The translations under genes and the position numbers were made by a program. Under the pieces are notes generated by a model. That model did not search any database and was not told the origin of the DNA. It saw nothing but the letters and a program-made list of their open reading frames with translations. Shown here piece by piece: positions 62,918-63,716 of a stretch of 63,716 nt of DNA (its first letter is position 1; each line of letters starts with the position of its first letter). The DNA lies in assembly GCA_041179025.1 (NCBI GenBank), contig JBEGUF010000035.1, positions 1-63,716 of the forward strand, read 5' to 3'. The stretch is from Actinomycetota bacterium (GTDB taxonomy: Bacteria > Actinomycetota > Actinomycetes > Actinomycetales > Microbacteriaceae).

Positions 62918-63514
62918 GTGACTCTCACCAGGCTTGAAAAGGTTATTGGTCGAAGACGATATCGAGAGTTTAAGTCTGGCCTTCTGCCCAGCCAGCGCAT
63001 CTTCACGGTCGATTTATTTCGATTCGATGTCGAGTTGCGTGGCTTGGTTATAAAGTCTTTGTCAATCATCGAAATAGCCCTTCAGAATCAAATCATCGCC
63101 GTTTCGAAACCTCAAAAGTTTGAATCGTTTGGACATGCCAGAAGAATCCTCCAAGAACTTCCTACCCACAAGCAATTTGCCATCTCGCAGAAATTTGGTT
63201 GCGCCAACGGCAAGGAGTTGAGGGCAATCCTTCGGGTCTTGAACGATGCAAGAAATCGAGCCGCTCATCATGAACGAATTTGGAACTGCAAACTCAACTT
63301 CTGCCTACCCTCGGCCTTCCTCGTCAGGAGGAGAATGTCTGTGAACTACAAGACAAGAAGCTTCACAATTGCAGGAGCTTTTGACGCAATCATGGATTTA
63401 TTGAGTAACTTTCCCGAGATTCTGCAAATCGAAGAGGAACTGGATAATCTTCTAGCCGAACTTCCAATCGATCGAAAATACATCATCAATGCCATGGGTT
63501 TCGAAGTGCCGTAA
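62918..63514 (+). CDS. Abi_2/AbiF-like HEPN protein (putative RNase toxin, phage defence)
   Basis: LFRFDVELRGL...L..IEIAL Abi_2 pattern; HEPN RxxxxH in ARNRAAHHERIWN; AT-richer than flanks; GTG 62918 preferred because TTG 62882 lies inside the hairpin. Confidence 0.75.
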   Translation: MTLTRLEKVIGRRRYREFKSGLLPSQRIFTVDLFRFDVELRGLVIKSLSIIEIALQNQIIAVSKPQKFESFGHARRILQELPTHKQFAISQKFGCANGKELRAILRVLNDARNRAAHHERIWNCKLNFCLPSAFLVRRRMSVNYKTRSFTIAGAFDAIMDLLSNFPEILQIEEELDNLLAELPIDRKYIINAMGFEVP

Positions 63515-63530
63515 GTCGTAGGCTATTCCT

Positions 63531-63716
63531 ATGTTCAATGGAGACGCCACTAACCGCCAAACCGCGGTAGATCTAGACCTCAACGACCCTCTTGCCAAGT
63601 ATCGAGAGCAGTTCGTCATCAAGGATGAAGAAGTTTGCTACCTAGACGGCAACTCGCTCGGTCGCATGCCAAAAGCCACCAAACAGGCGGTAAACGACTT
63701 CCTTGACGAGTGGAGC
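63531..63716 (+). CDS. kynU: Kynureninase, N-terminal part (runs off the window)
   Basis: Manual translation MFNGDATNRQTAVDLDLNDPLAKYREQF...YLDGNSLGRMPK. Confidence 0.85.
   Translation, partial: MFNGDATNRQTAVDLDLNDPLAKYREQFVIKDEEVCYLDGNSLGRMPKATKQAVNDFLDEWS

Overview
Densely packed core chromosome of a genome-streamlined Actinobacterium. Gene content, synteny and moderate GC point to a freshwater Microbacteriaceae of the Aquiluna/Rhodoluna type; this is inference, no taxonomic search was run. About 65 CDS, in order: a PdtaS-like kinase fragment with a SAF/CpaE-like cluster, Rv3235-like, secA, hpf, comF, lpqB-mtrB-mtrA, ahcY, whiB, galE, a cell-wall glycopolymer locus (LCP, TagG/TagH-type ABC, GT2, CDP-glycerol transferase, Wzy/WaaL-like, 1151-aa LysM protein), purK/purE, birA with acyl-CoA carboxylase subunits, a NarL-type regulator/kinase/pseudokinase trio, nucleoside salvage genes, sdhCDAB, a CotH kinase, a Rieske protein, xth, trpS, an FMN-riboswitch-led rib operon, ABC exporters, an orphan DNA methyltransferase, an Abi_2/AbiF-like HEPN gene and the start of kynureninase. 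No rRNA, tRNA, CRISPR array or IS element was seen. Best novelty candidates: (1) an unannotated ~100-nt G-tract small RNA at ~33097-33199 with its own promoter, an upstream palindrome and a terminator, lying convergent to the regulator/kinase/pseudokinase operon; (2) a compact AbiF-like HEPN gene preceded by a GC-rich stem-loop that could be an RNA antitoxin; (3) pervasive leaderless promoters, including overlapping back-to-back bidirectional ones.
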